DNA of 64,000 nucleotides, taken from the NCBI GenBank assembly GCA_028692545.1, contig JAQUXC010000001.1, positions 92,658 to 156,657 on the forward strand, read 5' to 3'. Shown here in pieces: positions 51,649 to 61,538 of this stretch; positions within the stretch are counted from its first letter, which is position 1; each line of letters opens with the position of its first letter. A model generated the notes under the pieces. The model made no database searches and was not told where the DNA came from. It worked only from the letters and a program-made list of their open reading frames with translations. Both the position numbers and the translations under genes were made by a program. Source of the stretch: Patescibacteria group bacterium. GTDB lineage: Bacteria > Patescibacteriota > Patescibacteriia > UBA1558 > S5-K13.

Positions 51649-52098
51649 ATGGGATTATTCAATAAGAAAAAAGAACAAGACAATGATATAAAAAATTCAT
51701 TAGAAAAAGTTGAAACTGATTTAACTATTGATGAAATAAAACAAGGTAAAACTACAAAAAAAGATAAAGCAGTTGTGGCTTCATCAAAAAAGAATATTTC
51801 AAAACAAGATAGTAAAGAAGCTTACAAATATTTGATAAAACCGCTTATTACAGAAAAAGCTACGCATTTAAAGGTGCAAAATAAATATTTATTTTTGGTT
51901 GATGATAGATCTACAAAAAATGAAATAAAAAAAGCTGTTTTTCATGTTTATGGTTATAATCCGGAAAGTGTAAATATAATAAATCTAGGTGGTAAAAAAG
52001 TTAAATTTGGAAGAACATCAGGAGTTAGAAAATGCAAAAAAAAGGCTATAGTAACACTTAAAAAGGGAGATAGTATAGAAATATACGAAGGAGTTTAA
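51649..52098 (+). CDS. rplW: 50S ribosomal protein L23 with N-terminal extension
   Basis: PLITEKAT, KKAIVTL. Confidence 0.95.
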   Translation: MGLFNKKKEQDNDIKNSLEKVETDLTIDEIKQGKTTKKDKAVVASSKKNISKQDSKEAYKYLIKPLITEKATHLKVQNKYLFLVDDRSTKNEIKKAVFHVYGYNPESVNIINLGGKKVKFGRTSGVRKCKKKAIVTLKKGDSIEIYEGV

Positions 52099-52119
52099 TA
52101 GGATAATAGAACAAAAAAT

Positions 52120-52965
52120 ATGGCAATAAAAGTTTATAAACCTACTACACCGGCAAAACGCAAAACATCAGTTGTGCTAAATCCTATTTTGTCCAAAAAA
52201 TCAGAACCATTAAAAAAACTTACTTGTATAAAGAAAAAAAATAGTGGTAGAAATAATCAAGGTAGGGTAACAGTCAGACATCAGGGTGGTGGAGAAAAGA
52301 GATATCTTAGAGATGTAGATTTCAAAAGAGATAAATATGATATTCCAGCAAAAGTTGAAAAAATAGAGTATGATCCAAATAGAAATGCATTTATTTCTCT
52401 AGTGTGCTATAAAGATGGAGAAAGAAGATATATACTTACAGCAGAAGGAATGCAGGTTGGTCAAGAGGTAATCTCTTCAAAAACTAAATTAGTATTAGTA
52501 GATGGAAATAGATTTCCTTTTACACTTATTCCAAGCGGTACCTCTGTATATAATGTAGAATTGACTCCTGGTAAAGGTGGTAAAATGATAAGAGGAGCTG
52601 GTGCAAGAGGAGTATTTACTGGTATTGAAGGAAAATATGCACAAATAAAATTACCATCATCTGAAGTAAGATTAGTTCCAAAAGATTGTTTTGCAACAAT
52701 AGGACAGGTTTCAAATTCAGAATTTAGAAATATAAGATGGGGTAAAGCAGGTAGAATGAGACATCGTGGAATAAGACCTACTGTTCGTGGTAAAGCTATG
52801 AATCCATGTGATCATCCACACGGAGGAGGAGAAGGAAGACATCCAATAGGTATGAAACATCCAAAGACTCCATGGGGCAAGCCAGCACTTGGTGTCAAAA
52901 CAAGAGCAACAAAAAAGTATAGTGACAGTATGATTTTAAATAGAAGAAAGAAAAGAAATAAATAA
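52120..52965 (+). CDS. rplB: 50S ribosomal protein L2
   Basis: EYDPNR, AMNPCDHPHGGGEG. Confidence 0.98.
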   Translation: MAIKVYKPTTPAKRKTSVVLNPILSKKSEPLKKLTCIKKKNSGRNNQGRVTVRHQGGGEKRYLRDVDFKRDKYDIPAKVEKIEYDPNRNAFISLVCYKDGERRYILTAEGMQVGQEVISSKTKLVLVDGNRFPFTLIPSGTSVYNVELTPGKGGKMIRGAGARGVFTGIEGKYAQIKLPSSEVRLVPKDCFATIGQVSNSEFRNIRWGKAGRMRHRGIRPTVRGKAMNPCDHPHGGGEGRHPIGMKHPKTPWGKPALGVKTRATKKYSDSMILNRRKKRNK

Positions 52966-52994
52966 TTTAAGTATTTTTTGTATAATATAAAAAT

Positions 52995-53273
52995 ATGTCA
53001 AGAAGTTTAAAAAAATTACCATTTACGTGTCCAAAGCTACTTAAAAAAATAGCTAAGGCAAAACCTGGAGATAGAAATTCTATAAAAACATGGTCTAGAG
53101 AATCTACAATTACTCCAGAAATGGTTGGTTACACAATAAATGTGCATAATGGAAAAGACCATTTACCAGTATTTGTTGTAGAAAATATGGTTGGCCATAA
53201 ATTAGGAGAGTTTTCTCCTACAAAGAAGTTTATTTCTCATGGCGGTAAAATGGCAAAAGTCCAAAAGAAATAA
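52995..53273 (+). CDS. rpsS: 30S ribosomal protein S19
   Basis: [16 protein letters not shown]. Confidence 0.97.
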   Translation: MSRSLKKLPFTCPKLLKKIAKAKPGDRNSIKTWSRESTITPEMVGYTINVHNGKDHLPVFVVENMVGHKLGEFSPTKKFISHGGKMAKVQKK

Positions 53274-53312
53274 TTATTAATTTATCTAGATTGTTTATTT
53301 ATTAAAAAAACT

Positions 53313-53855
53313 ATGGAAGTTAAAGCAGTATTAAGAAGATATAGAGTAGCACCAAGAAAGGTTCGTTTAGTAGTGAATCTTATTCGTGGTTTGGATGTAG
53401 ACAAAGCTCTAGGTCAGTTAGATTTTTTAGATAAGAAATCTACACTTGCTATCTCAAAACTTTTGAACTCAGCAATTGCTAATGCTGTGAATAATTTTTT
53501 ATTGGAAAAGAATAATTTATATATTAAATCAGTATTTGTAGATCAAGGACCAGTTTTTAAAAGATGGATGCCAAAAGCACATGGAAGAGCTACAAAAATA
53601 AAAAAATATACAAGTCATATAACTATTATATTAGATGAGAGAGTTGAAAAATTAAAGAAAGAAAATTCTAAAAAAGTTGATGCAGGAAAAAAGAAATCTG
53701 AAAAAAAGACAAATTTGAAAGAGAATACAAGTGATAAAAAAAATAAAAATATCATTCCAAAAAAGAAATTTCTTGTTGATAGAAAGTCTATAAAAAATGT
53801 AAATGCAACAAGAAGTTTGAAGTCACATAATATAATAAAATCAGGAGATAAATAA
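53313..53855 (+). CDS. rplV: 50S ribosomal protein L22 with basic C-terminal extension
   Basis: PRKVRLV, SAIANA, TSHITI. Confidence 0.96.
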   Translation: MEVKAVLRRYRVAPRKVRLVVNLIRGLDVDKALGQLDFLDKKSTLAISKLLNSAIANAVNNFLLEKNNLYIKSVFVDQGPVFKRWMPKAHGRATKIKKYTSHITIILDERVEKLKKENSKKVDAGKKKSEKKTNLKENTSDKKNKNIIPKKKFLVDRKSIKNVNATRSLKSHNIIKSGDK

Positions 53856-53856
53856 A

Positions 53857-54597
53857 ATGGGACATAAAGTAAATCCAATAGCATTTAGAATGGGGATGTC
53901 ACAAAAATGGAGATCAAAGTGGTTTAGTGACAAAAACTATATAGAATATCTAAGGCAAGATATATTAATGAGAGGTTTTTTGAAGAAAAAACTTAGAGAT
54001 GCAAGCGTTGCAAGTATTGAAATAAAAAGATCATCAGATGTTATTGAGATTGTAATACATTCTGCAAGACCAGGTATTATTATTGGAAGAGGTGGAACTG
54101 GTATTGAAGATTTGAAAAAAGAATTAATTAAAAAGTTTATTAAAAAAGAAAAATCAAATTTGAGAATTAGTATAGAAGAAGTTTCAAGACCATCATTGTC
54201 AGCTGCTATAGTTTTACAAAGTATTATAGATCAAACAGAAAAAAGAATTCCATTTAGAAAAGTTATAAAGAGAACTATTGAAAAATCTATGGAAGACGGA
54301 TGTAAGGGTATAAAGATAACAATGTCTGGAAGATTAAATGGTGTTGAAATAGCCAGAACTGAAACATTAAAAGAAGGTAGATTGCCACTTCATACATTAC
54401 GAGCAGATATAGATTATTCAAGAGGTGCAGCAGCAACTACATATGGTAAAGTTGGTGTTAAAGTATGGATTTATAGAGGTGATGCATCAAATACAGAAAA
54501 TATAGAAGCAGAAAAAGATACAAAAGAAAATAAGAGAAATTTTGGTAAATTTAATAATAGAAGAGATAATAGTTATCAAAAAAATAATAAGAAATAA
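53857..54597 (+). CDS. rpsC: 30S ribosomal protein S3
   Basis: MGHKVNP, RPGIIIG, LHTLRADID. Confidence 0.97.
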   Translation: MGHKVNPIAFRMGMSQKWRSKWFSDKNYIEYLRQDILMRGFLKKKLRDASVASIEIKRSSDVIEIVIHSARPGIIIGRGGTGIEDLKKELIKKFIKKEKSNLRISIEEVSRPSLSAAIVLQSIIDQTEKRIPFRKVIKRTIEKSMEDGCKGIKITMSGRLNGVEIARTETLKEGRLPLHTLRADIDYSRGAAATTYGKVGVKVWIYRGDASNTENIEAEKDTKENKRNFGKFNNRRDNSYQKNNKK

Positions 54598-54618
54598 AGA
54601 ATTAAATATTTTTAATAT

Positions 54619-55026
54619 ATGTTAGCACCAAAGAAACAAAAACATAGAAAATGGCAAAGAGGAGATCAGATAAGAGGTATTGCTACTCAAGGTAATAAAG
54701 TGAGTTTTGGTACCTATGGACTTAAAACACAGGAAGCAGCTTGGATTACCTCAAGACAAATAGAATCTGCAAGACGTGCTATAGTTCATCATTTACAAAG
54801 AGGAGCTAAATATTGGATAAGAATTTTTCCTGATAAGCCAATGACATCAAAAAGTGGTGAAATTCCTATGGGAAAAGGAAAAGGAGCGGTTGATCATTAT
54901 GTAGCAGTAGTAAAGCCTGGTAATATATTGTTTGAATTAGAGGGTATCGAAGCAAATAGAGCAAAAGAAGCTTTTAGATTAGCATCTCATAAATTGCCAG
55001 TAAAGTGTACATTTATTACAAAATAA
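54619..55026 (+). CDS. rplP: 50S ribosomal protein L16
   Basis: RQIESAR, WIRIFPD, MGKGKG. Confidence 0.97.
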   Translation: MLAPKKQKHRKWQRGDQIRGIATQGNKVSFGTYGLKTQEAAWITSRQIESARRAIVHHLQRGAKYWIRIFPDKPMTSKSGEIPMGKGKGAVDHYVAVVKPGNILFELEGIEANRAKEAFRLASHKLPVKCTFITK

Positions 55027-55037
55027 TTTTAATTAAT

Positions 55038-55301
55038 ATGAAATTTGTAGAGTTGAAAAAAAAGAGCATAAAAGAATTAAATGATCTGTTGAAATCCAAA
55101 AGAGAGGAATTTAGGTCTTTGAGATTTAGTATAGGATCAGAACAAGAAAAAAATGTTAGAAAATTAAGAGAAGTAAAAAAAGTTGTTTCTAGAATTCTTA
55201 CAATATTAAATAATAATTTTGAAAATAAAAGTACAGATAATCTAGTTACTCCAGAAAATTTAGATAAAGAAAAAGAAATAAATGAAGAAAAAATTAAATA
55301 G
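55038..55301 (+). CDS. rpmC: 50S ribosomal protein L29 (start ATG 55038)
   Basis: Synteny; LRF...KKVVSRILT. Confidence 0.9.
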   Translation: MKFVELKKKSIKELNDLLKSKREEFRSLRFSIGSEQEKNVRKLREVKKVVSRILTILNNNFENKSTDNLVTPENLDKEKEINEEKIK

Positions 55302-55308
55302 TATAAAT

Positions 55309-55587
55309 ATGAATAAAGAAATACAAAAAATAGAATCTAGCCCAAAAAAAAGACAGTTTAGAGAATTAAAAGGTGTTGTTGTTAGTAATAAAATGGATAA
55401 AACTGTTGTGGTAAAGATTGATGTGATAAAGAGGCATAAAATTTATAAAAAAAGTTATACTGTTAGTAAGAGATATAAAGCACATGATGCAATAAATCAA
55501 TATAAAGTAAATGATATTGTTTTAATAAGACAAATAAAACCCATGTCAAAAGATAAAAAATGGGAAGTTATTAAAAAAATAAAATAA
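55309..55587 (+). CDS. rpsQ: 30S ribosomal protein S17 (start uncertain, 55282 or 55309)
   Basis: GVVVSNKMDKTVVV, KAHD, PMSKDK. Confidence 0.95.
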   Translation: MNKEIQKIESSPKKRQFRELKGVVVSNKMDKTVVVKIDVIKRHKIYKKSYTVSKRYKAHDAINQYKVNDIVLIRQIKPMSKDKKWEVIKKIK

Positions 55588-55614
55588 TAATTTAAAAGCA
55601 AAGTATTTAAATAT

Positions 55615-55986
55615 ATGATACAACAACAGACAATGTTAAAAGTAGCTGATAACAGTGGAGGAAAAAAAGTCCAGTGTATTAAGGTGCTTGGTGGTACAAG
55701 AAGAAGATATGCTACTGTTGGTGATGTTATAGTTATAACAGTAAAAGTTGCTCAACCTCATAGTATAGTAAAAAAGAGTGAGGTTTTAAAGGCTGTAATA
55801 GTAAGACAGAAAAAAGCAATTAGAAGAAATAGTGGTATATATGTAAGATTTGATGATAATGCTGTTGTAATTTTAGATAAAAACAATAAAGATCCAAAGG
55901 GAAGTAGAATTTTTGGTCCTGTTGCAAGAGAGCTTAGAGCAAAAGGATTTAATAAAATTATTTCTTTGGCACCCGAGGTATTATAA
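55615..55986 (+). CDS. rplN: 50S ribosomal protein L14
   Basis: [21 protein letters not shown]. Confidence 0.98.
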   Translation: MIQQQTMLKVADNSGGKKVQCIKVLGGTRRRYATVGDVIVITVKVAQPHSIVKKSEVLKAVIVRQKKAIRRNSGIYVRFDDNAVVILDKNNKDPKGSRIFGPVARELRAKGFNKIISLAPEVL

Positions 55987-56024
55987 TAGATCAATAGAAT
56001 TGAATAAAAAGTTAAATTATATAT

Positions 56025-56333
56025 ATGAAAATTAAGAAAAATGATACGGTAAAAGTAATTGTAGGTAAAGATAAGGGTAAAACAGGAAAAGTTACTCAGA
56101 TTTTTTCTAAATTAGATAAAGTAGTAGTAGAAGGAGTAAATAAAAGTTTTAAAAATTTGAAACCAAAAAAACGTGGTGAGTCAGGTCAGAGAATAGAATT
56201 TGATTTTCCTCTAAACATCTCCAATGTAGTTTTAATATGTAAAAAATGTGGCAAGACAACAAGAGTTGCTTACAAAGTATCAGAAAATAATAAGTATAGA
56301 ATATGTAAGAAATGTAAAGAAATAATAGATTAG
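56025..56333 (+). CDS. rplX: 50S ribosomal protein L24
   Basis: GKDKGKTG, VEGVN. Confidence 0.96.
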   Translation: MKIKKNDTVKVIVGKDKGKTGKVTQIFSKLDKVVVEGVNKSFKNLKPKKRGESGQRIEFDFPLNISNVVLICKKCGKTTRVAYKVSENNKYRICKKCKEIID

Positions 56334-56346
56334 TTAATTTAAAATT

Positions 56347-56952
56347 ATGAGTATATTAAATACAAAAGAAAAATATCTAAAAGAAGTCGGACCAAAAATG
56401 ATGAAAGATTTTGGTTATAAAAATATTCTTTCTATACCAAAGATTGAAAAGATTACATTAAATGTTGGACTTGGAAAATCTCTTACAAATAAAGACCTTG
56501 TAAAGGTAGTTGAGAGTACTCTAAAAAGAATAACAGGTCAGACATCAGTTCTTACAAAAGCAAAAAAGTCTATTTCAGCATTTAAAATTAGAGAAGGTAT
56601 GGTAATTGGAGCAAAAGTTACTTTAAGGGGTAAAAGAATGTATGATTTTCTTGATAAATTGATTCATATTACATTTCCTAGAGTAAAAGATTTTCATGGA
56701 ATAGACGTAAGAAAAAAACATATAGATAAAATGGGAGGTTTTTCATATGGATTCAAAGAACATATAGTATTTCCTGAAATAAAAGCAGATGAAGTAGAAT
56801 CAATACATGGATTGGAAATTAATATGACAACTACATCAGAAAATCCTGCAGAAACTTATTTTCTATTAAAATATTTAGGATTTCCTTTTATTATAGATGA
56901 AGAGTTTGAACAGAAGTTAAAAGATCAGTATTTTTCTAAAAAGAATAAATAA
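56347..56952 (+). CDS. rplE: 50S ribosomal protein L5
   Basis: PKIEKI, FKIREG, KVTLRG, FPEI. Confidence 0.97.
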   Translation: MSILNTKEKYLKEVGPKMMKDFGYKNILSIPKIEKITLNVGLGKSLTNKDLVKVVESTLKRITGQTSVLTKAKKSISAFKIREGMVIGAKVTLRGKRMYDFLDKLIHITFPRVKDFHGIDVRKKHIDKMGGFSYGFKEHIVFPEIKADEVESIHGLEINMTTTSENPAETYFLLKYLGFPFIIDEEFEQKLKDQYFSKKNK

Positions 56953-56978
56953 AACCCAGTTAATCTGGAAAAAATATT

Positions 56979-57164
56979 ATGGCTACAAAAGCACAAATAG
57001 TAAAATCAAATAGTAAACCAAAATACTCAACACGATCAAATAATAGATGTTGGCGTTGTGGAAGAGGTAGATCTTATATGAGTGATTTTGGAATATGTAG
57101 AATATGTTTTAGAGAATTAGCAAGTAAAGGTGAATTACCAGGAGTAAAAAAAAGTAGTTGGTAA
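56979..57164 (+). CDS. rpsN: 30S ribosomal protein S14 (zinc-binding type Z)
   Basis: [17 protein letters not shown]. Confidence 0.96.
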   Translation: MATKAQIVKSNSKPKYSTRSNNRCWRCGRGRSYMSDFGICRICFRELASKGELPGVKKSSW

Positions 57165-57206
57165 ATTATTAATAAAATTATTAAATAATAAGAAATATTT
57201 AAATAT

Positions 57207-57602
57207 ATGATGACAGACCCAATAGCAGATATGCTAACTAGAATCAGAAATGCTCAGGCTGTAAAAAAGCAAGAGGTTGTTTTTCCTTTTTCTAAAATAA
57301 AATATGAAATAGCAAAACTGCTCGTAAGGGAGAATTTTATAGAATCTGCTGAAAAGATTTCTGAAAATAAGTTTGATCAAATAAAGATAGTTTTGAAATA
57401 CAAAGAAAATGGAAAACCATTTGTAGAACATATAAAGAGAATCAGTAAGCCGGGTCAGAGAGTTTATATAAATAACGGAGAAATACCAAATGTTTTAAAT
57501 GATTTAGGTTTGGCAATATTATCTACATCTCAAGGTATTATGACAAACAAGAAGGCAAGAAGAATGCAAATAGGTGGAGAATTATTATTTGAAATTTGGT
57601 AG
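57207..57602 (+). CDS. rpsH: 30S ribosomal protein S8
   Basis: DPIADMLTRIRN, ISKPG, GGEL. Confidence 0.97.
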   Translation: MMTDPIADMLTRIRNAQAVKKQEVVFPFSKIKYEIAKLLVRENFIESAEKISENKFDQIKIVLKYKENGKPFVEHIKRISKPGQRVYINNGEIPNVLNDLGLAILSTSQGIMTNKKARRMQIGGELLFEIW

Positions 57603-57680
57603 AATTAAGTTGAAAAGTCATAAAGTACAAAGTTGAAAGTACTTTATAACTCAGAACTTTATAACTTTAAACTAAAAATT

Positions 57681-58220
57681 ATGTCAAGAATAGGCAAACA
57701 ACCAGTAAATATTCCAGAAAATGTTCAAGTAAAAATTGAATCAGGTGTTATTTATGTTGATGGACCAAAGGGAAAGTTGAATCAAAATTTGGTACCAAAT
57801 GTAAATGTGGAAATAAAAGAATCACAAATTATTGTAAGTGTTGATAATCCAAAGAACAAAGAGCAAAGAGCAAAATGGGGACTACAAAGAAGTCTTATAA
57901 ATAATATGGTTATTGGAGTCACAAATACTTTTGAAAAAAAGTTAGAAATAAATGGAGTTGGATATAAGGCCAGTATTAGCGGTCAAAAATTGACAATACT
58001 TGCTGGATATTCTCATCCCGTAGATTATGATTTACCAGAAGGAATAAGTGGATCAGTAGAAAAAAATTTAATAACAATTGTAGGTATAGATAAGCAGTTA
58101 GTAGGAACTGTAGCTGATAAAATAAGAAAAATTAGAAAACCAGAGCCTTATAAGGGTAAGGGTATAAGATATTTTGGAGAAGTAGTAAGAAGAAAAGAAG
58201 GAAAAACTTCTAAGAGTTAA
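57681..58220 (+). CDS. rplF: 50S ribosomal protein L6 (start ATG 57681)
   Basis: MSRIGKQP, GPKG, PEPYKGKG. Confidence 0.97.
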   Translation: MSRIGKQPVNIPENVQVKIESGVIYVDGPKGKLNQNLVPNVNVEIKESQIIVSVDNPKNKEQRAKWGLQRSLINNMVIGVTNTFEKKLEINGVGYKASISGQKLTILAGYSHPVDYDLPEGISGSVEKNLITIVGIDKQLVGTVADKIRKIRKPEPYKGKGIRYFGEVVRRKEGKTSKS

Positions 58221-58252
58221 TATATCCAGCTGAGCTGGGGATAAAAAAATAT

Positions 58253-58606
58253 ATGGATAAAAATATTAAAAAAGATGTTTCAAAGAAAAGAATTCATAAT
58301 AGAGTTAGATCTGTTGTAATAGGTACTGCAGTAAGACCAAGAATGAGTGTATTTTTCAGTTTAAAACATTCATATGTTCAGCTTATTGATGATGAGAACA
58401 GTAAAACACTTATTAGCGCTAATGATAAAGAGTTGAAATTAAATGGTAAGAATATTAAGATAGCAGAAGAACTTGGAAAATTAATAGCAAAAAAAGCAAA
58501 AGAAATAAAAATTGAGAATGTTGTTTTCGATAGAGGATCTAAAAAATATCATGGCAAAGTAAAGGCATTGGCTGATACTGCCAGAGCAGAGGGTTTAAAT
58601 TTTTAA
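58253..58606 (+). CDS. rplR: 50S ribosomal protein L18
   Basis: RPRMSV, VFDRG, YHGKV. Confidence 0.96.
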   Translation: MDKNIKKDVSKKRIHNRVRSVVIGTAVRPRMSVFFSLKHSYVQLIDDENSKTLISANDKELKLNGKNIKIAEELGKLIAKKAKEIKIENVVFDRGSKKYHGKVKALADTARAEGLNF

Positions 58607-58621
58607 GGATAATTTTATTAT

Positions 58622-59161
58622 ATGAGAGAAAAATTTCAAAAAAGAGAGAAGCCAGAATTTGAACAAAGATTAGTAGATATAGCTAGAGTTACTAGAGTAA
58701 TGGCAGGCGGAAAAAGACTCAGATTCAGAGCTTGTGTTGTAATCGGAGATTTAAATGGAAGAGTAGGTTGGGGTATAGCAAAAGGAGCCGATGTTTCAAT
58801 TGCTATAAACAAAGCTGTTTCAAAAGCAAAAAAGCAAATGATAACTGTAAATACATACAAAAATACTATAGCTCATGAAGTGAAGAAAAAGTTCAAATCT
58901 GCTTTTATTTATTTAAAACCAGCACCTGAGGGAAGAGGGGTTATAGCAGGCGGTGTTGTAAGAGATGTTATGGAACTTGCTGGTATAAAAGATATTATTG
59001 CAAAAATGTATGGTTCAAATAGTAAAATAAATAATGTAAGAGCTACATTTGAAGCATTATCTGATTTAAGATTACTAGAAGAAAAAAAATCTGATTCAAA
59101 AGAAAAGGTATTAGAAAAATCAGAATCTATTTTAGTAGAAGATATAAAAAAAGAAGAATAA
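58622..59161 (+). CDS. rpsE: 30S ribosomal protein S5
   Basis: RVTRVMAGG, KPAPEG, IAGG. Confidence 0.97.
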   Translation: MREKFQKREKPEFEQRLVDIARVTRVMAGGKRLRFRACVVIGDLNGRVGWGIAKGADVSIAINKAVSKAKKQMITVNTYKNTIAHEVKKKFKSAFIYLKPAPEGRGVIAGGVVRDVMELAGIKDIIAKMYGSNSKINNVRATFEALSDLRLLEEKKSDSKEKVLEKSESILVEDIKKEE

Positions 59162-59265
59162 ATAATTAAAGATAAATAGTTAGAGAATTAGAATGTTAGA
59201 GTCAGATAAATTATAAATAATATCTCTGACGCATTAACTAATTAATACGCTAACTCACTAAATAT

Positions 59266-59766
59266 ATGTTGACTCTAAGTAATTTAAAGATAAATAAAAA
59301 ATCTAAATCAAAAAAGCAACGTCTTGGTCGTGGTAATTCTTCTGGCCGTGGTAATTATTCTGGCCGTGGTATGAAAGGTCAAAGGTCAAGAAGTGGTGGA
59401 AAATCAGGATTAAAGAGACTCGGAATGAAAAAATTAATAGCTCAATTGCCAAAACATAGAGGTTTTAATAGAATTAGTGAAAAATTTGAAGTTTTAAATT
59501 TATCAATATTAGAATCAAAGTTTAATACAGGAGATGAAGTGAGTGTAAAAACTTTATTGAAATTGGATTTAGTGTCATCTATAAAAGCTAATGTAAAAAT
59601 ATTAGGCAAAGGTAATCTAACAAAGAAATTGAAAGTGAAGGCTCATGATTTTTCAAAATCTGCCAAAGAAGCTATAATAAAAGCTGGTGGAGAAGTAATA
59701 GAGACTCCTAAATTTAAAAAGAAACCAACTCTTAAGAAATCAAAGAGAGTTGCACATAAAGATTAA
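59266..59766 (+). CDS. rplO: 50S ribosomal protein L15
   Basis: RLGRG, GMKGQRSRSG, KILGKG. Confidence 0.96.
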   Translation: MLTLSNLKINKKSKSKKQRLGRGNSSGRGNYSGRGMKGQRSRSGGKSGLKRLGMKKLIAQLPKHRGFNRISEKFEVLNLSILESKFNTGDEVSVKTLLKLDLVSSIKANVKILGKGNLTKKLKVKAHDFSKSAKEAIIKAGGEVIETPKFKKKPTLKKSKRVAHKD

Positions 59767-59768
59767 AA

Positions 59769-61049
59769 ATGTTAGAAAAGATAAAACAAATCTATAAGAT
59801 TAAAGATCTAAGAAATGCAATTGGATTTGTTTTTGTCATGCTTATAATAACTAGAATAGTTGCACATATTCCTATTCCTGGAGTAAACATTGCAGAATTA
59901 AAAAACTTTTTTGAATCAAATCAAATTTTAGGATTATTGAATATTTTTTCTGGAAATGGATTAAAAAATTTTTCTGTAGTAATGCTTGGAATCGGTCCTT
60001 ATATTACAGCTTCTATTATTGTTCAGCTTTTAACCATGATAATTCCTTCACTTGAGGCAATATCAAAAGAAGGTGAGTCAGGACAGAAAAAAATAAATCA
60101 ATATACAAAATATTTAACAGTACCACTTACAATGATGCAGAGCTATGGTTTTATTAAATTGTTTCAAAATCAATCTCAATATTCTATAATAGGGCATCTT
60201 AGTGTAGCTCAATATATAGTAGCGCTTGTTACAATAGCAGCGGGTACTATGTTTTTGGTTTGGATAGGTGATCTTATTACAGAGAAAAAAATTGGAAATG
60301 GAATTTCACTTTTGATATTTGCTGGTATAGTTGCAGGTTGGATTTCTTCTATTCAAGGAATGATAGCTGTTTATGATCCATCAAAATTATTTGGTATACT
60401 AGCTTTTCTATTTGTAGCACTTGCTACGGTAGTTGTAGTAGTTATTATAAATGAAGGACAGAGGAATGTGCCTGTTTCTTATGCAAGACGAGTTAGAGGA
60501 AATAAAATGTATGGTGGTGTAAATACTCATTTACCACTCAAAGTAAATCAAGCAGGAGTTATTCCTATAATTTTTGCTATATCTCTTATTCTTATTCCAC
60601 CTATGATTGCAAAGTTTTTTGCTTCAGCCGGAAATCATATAGTATCTGGCTTTGCAAACTTTATAATTAATTTATTTCAAAATCAGGTTTTTTATGGAGT
60701 AAGTTATTTTTTGCTTGTTGTTGGTTTTACATATTTTTATACTGCTATTATATTTCATCCAGATCAAATATCAGAAAATTTACAAAAACAAGGTGGATTT
60801 ATTCCAGGAATAAGACCTGGTAAGCATACAGCAGAGTATTTACAAAACATTGTTACTCGTATTAATTTAGCAGGTTCTTTATTTTTGGGAGCTGTTGCAG
60901 TGTTACCTGTAGTGTTACAGAGTCTTACAAAAGGATTAGGTTCTATGGTTATAGGTGGTACTAGTATACTTATAGTAGTATCAGTTGTTATAGAAACAGT
61001 AAAACAAATAAATGCTCAACTTACAATGAGAAATTACGAGGAACTTTAA
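59769..61049 (+). CDS. secY: Preprotein translocase SecY
   Basis: LGIGPYITASII, GNGISLLIF, FIPGIRPG, GGTSILI. Confidence 0.98.
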   Translation: MLEKIKQIYKIKDLRNAIGFVFVMLIITRIVAHIPIPGVNIAELKNFFESNQILGLLNIFSGNGLKNFSVVMLGIGPYITASIIVQLLTMIIPSLEAISKEGESGQKKINQYTKYLTVPLTMMQSYGFIKLFQNQSQYSIIGHLSVAQYIVALVTIAAGTMFLVWIGDLITEKKIGNGISLLIFAGIVAGWISSIQGMIAVYDPSKLFGILAFLFVALATVVVVVIINEGQRNVPVSYARRVRGNKMYGGVNTHLPLKVNQAGVIPIIFAISLILIPPMIAKFFASAGNHIVSGFANFIINLFQNQVFYGVSYFLLVVGFTYFYTAIIFHPDQISENLQKQGGFIPGIRPGKHTAEYLQNIVTRINLAGSLFLGAVAVLPVVLQSLTKGLGSMVIGGTSILIVVSVVIETVKQINAQLTMRNYEEL

Positions 61050-61127
61050 TAATTGCATAATTGAATAATAGTTCAATAGTTTAGTTGAATTCGGATTTTT
61101 ATCCGATTTTTTGTTTATTTATACTAT

Positions 61128-61156
61128 TTGACATTATTGATTATTTGTGATATAAT
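61128..61156 (+). promoter_or_regulatory. Consensus promoter of the orphan gene inserted between secY and adk
   Basis: TTGACA-17-TATAAT with extended -10 TG. Confidence 0.75.
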
Positions 61157-61223
61157 GATATATTGAAAAATTAATAAAAAAATTGTCATTCGTAGCCTTG
61201 GCGAAGAATGACAAGGAGGAAAA

Positions 61224-61538
61224 ATGTTTCAAGGCATGGTTATGGGCATTATATTCGGTATTATTACCGTATTAGTAGCTCTGGTATTTGGGATTTTTAT
61301 CCCAAGTCCGTACAATCAATATGTTGCCGTTTTTGTGACAACATTGTTTATGTCAGGGCAAGTTGAAAAATTTTTCTGGAAAGTGTTTTTGTCAATTGGG
61401 ATGGGATTCGTTTTTTGGCTAGTTCTATTAGCCGATCCCAAGCCAGCAATGACACCAGCTGTGACGTTTTTTTCACATGCCGGAGTAGCACTTGTTGGAC
61501 TCATAATTTTCCATGAATTCAGAAAAGAAAAAGATTAG
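61224..61538 (+). CDS. Small 4-TM hypothetical protein
   Basis: AAGGAGG SD, hydrophobic, flanked by hairpins. Confidence 0.7.
   Translation: MFQGMVMGIIFGIITVLVALVFGIFIPSPYNQYVAVFVTTLFMSGQVEKFFWKVFLSIGMGFVFWLVLLADPKPAMTPAVTFFSHAGVALVGLIIFHEFRKEKD

Noticed and set aside
59329-59370. 18-bp tandem repeat in rplO
   Set aside because: Encodes the ordinary Gly/Arg-rich L15 N-terminal motif
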